The notes under the pieces are model-generated. The model saw only the letters and a program-made list of their open reading frames with translations, searched no databases and was not told where the DNA came from. 54,545 bases of DNA from a virus (taxonomy: Duplodnaviria; Caudoviricetes): positions 1-54,545 of IMG/VR virus record IMGVR_UViG_3300019881_000003, one strand, 5' to 3'. The translations under genes and the position numbers were made by a program. Shown here piece after piece: positions 54,136 to 54,545 of this stretch. The stretch's first letter is position 1. The number at the start of each line of letters is the position of its first letter.

Positions 54136-54351
54136 CGAAACGGCGGCGCGCTAGTCATCACAAATGCTGATGAGGCGGCGGCGTCACGACAAATTCTGGT
54201 GACGGAACGTCCGGGAAACCGTCACCAGAAACCCTGATGAACCAGACGGGCAGGCACCAGGCGGTAGCGGCTCTCGTGAACGGTTCACCGGGACACCGGA
54301 CCGCGTTCACCGTTGGTGACCCACCCACCCCGACGGCGGTTCGTTGGTGAC
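54125..54351. repeat. Array of GTCAC(C/G)A-type direct and inverted repeats upstream of the terminase operon (candidate cos/pac region)
   Basis: 13-bp IR 54125-54137/54182-54194; 12-bp IR 54194-54205/54219-54230; further copies near 54154, 54312 and 54343. Confidence 0.55.
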
Positions 54352-54545
54352 CGCAGAAGGGGGTAAACGCACACTTCGGTCGGGACCGAACCGGCGCCCC
54401 AGGACGACCGGGGCTGAGAGGCCGCCAGGCCAGCCGCCGGGACCCAGGCAGGGGCCTACGCCCCCCAGGCCAGCAGGGGCGCCGTGAGGGGGCTAGAAGG
54501 GCAGGCAGGGCCGCCGGTGTGAACCCGACCGACCGGCGAGAAACT

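Larger units (their letters stand above)
1..54545. mobile_element. Temperate actinobacterial siphovirus-type phage genome (partial; ends not seen)
   Basis: Complete head/tail/lysis set, integrase, immunity and replication modules; no host core genes in the window. Confidence 0.93.

Overview
The window is a near-complete, high-GC temperate siphovirus-type actinobacterial phage (or excised prophage). No host housekeeping genes are recognisable. The SsgA-like, Lsr2 and XRE/DUF5753 genes suggest a mycelial actinomycete host. The minus strand, read right to left, carries terminase, portal, scaffold, capsid, head-tail and tail genes (with a -1 chaperone frameshift and a tape measure with an SLT domain), an amidase endolysin, a holin, a post-lysis fibre module and an atypical tRNA-Met. 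The central region (15.3-27 kb) holds regulators, Lsr2, a secreted repeat peptide, two PadR genes and a tyrosine integrase. A leftward early operon follows: Cro-like, YqaJ/RecT, two DNA methyltransferases, an initiator with internal iterons, DnaB, HIT, MazG-like and SsgA-like genes. The left end is a cluster of small membrane proteins plus a secreted lysozyme-like protein. Most notable observations: (i) a GCTAGA-N2-TCTAGC box shared by the PadR pair and a secreted MTHNxxPG x5 pro-peptide, a candidate peptide-signalling circuit; (ii) three copies of a double-operator leaderless promoter, two of them driving antisense genes inside the late operon; (iii) a repressor carrying a fused copy of its divergent Cro partner; (iv) a clamp-like gene with two internal blocks swapped at CA junctions; (v) a tRNA-Met with a 5-nt insertion. 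Family assignments come from motif recognition by eye, not database searches.
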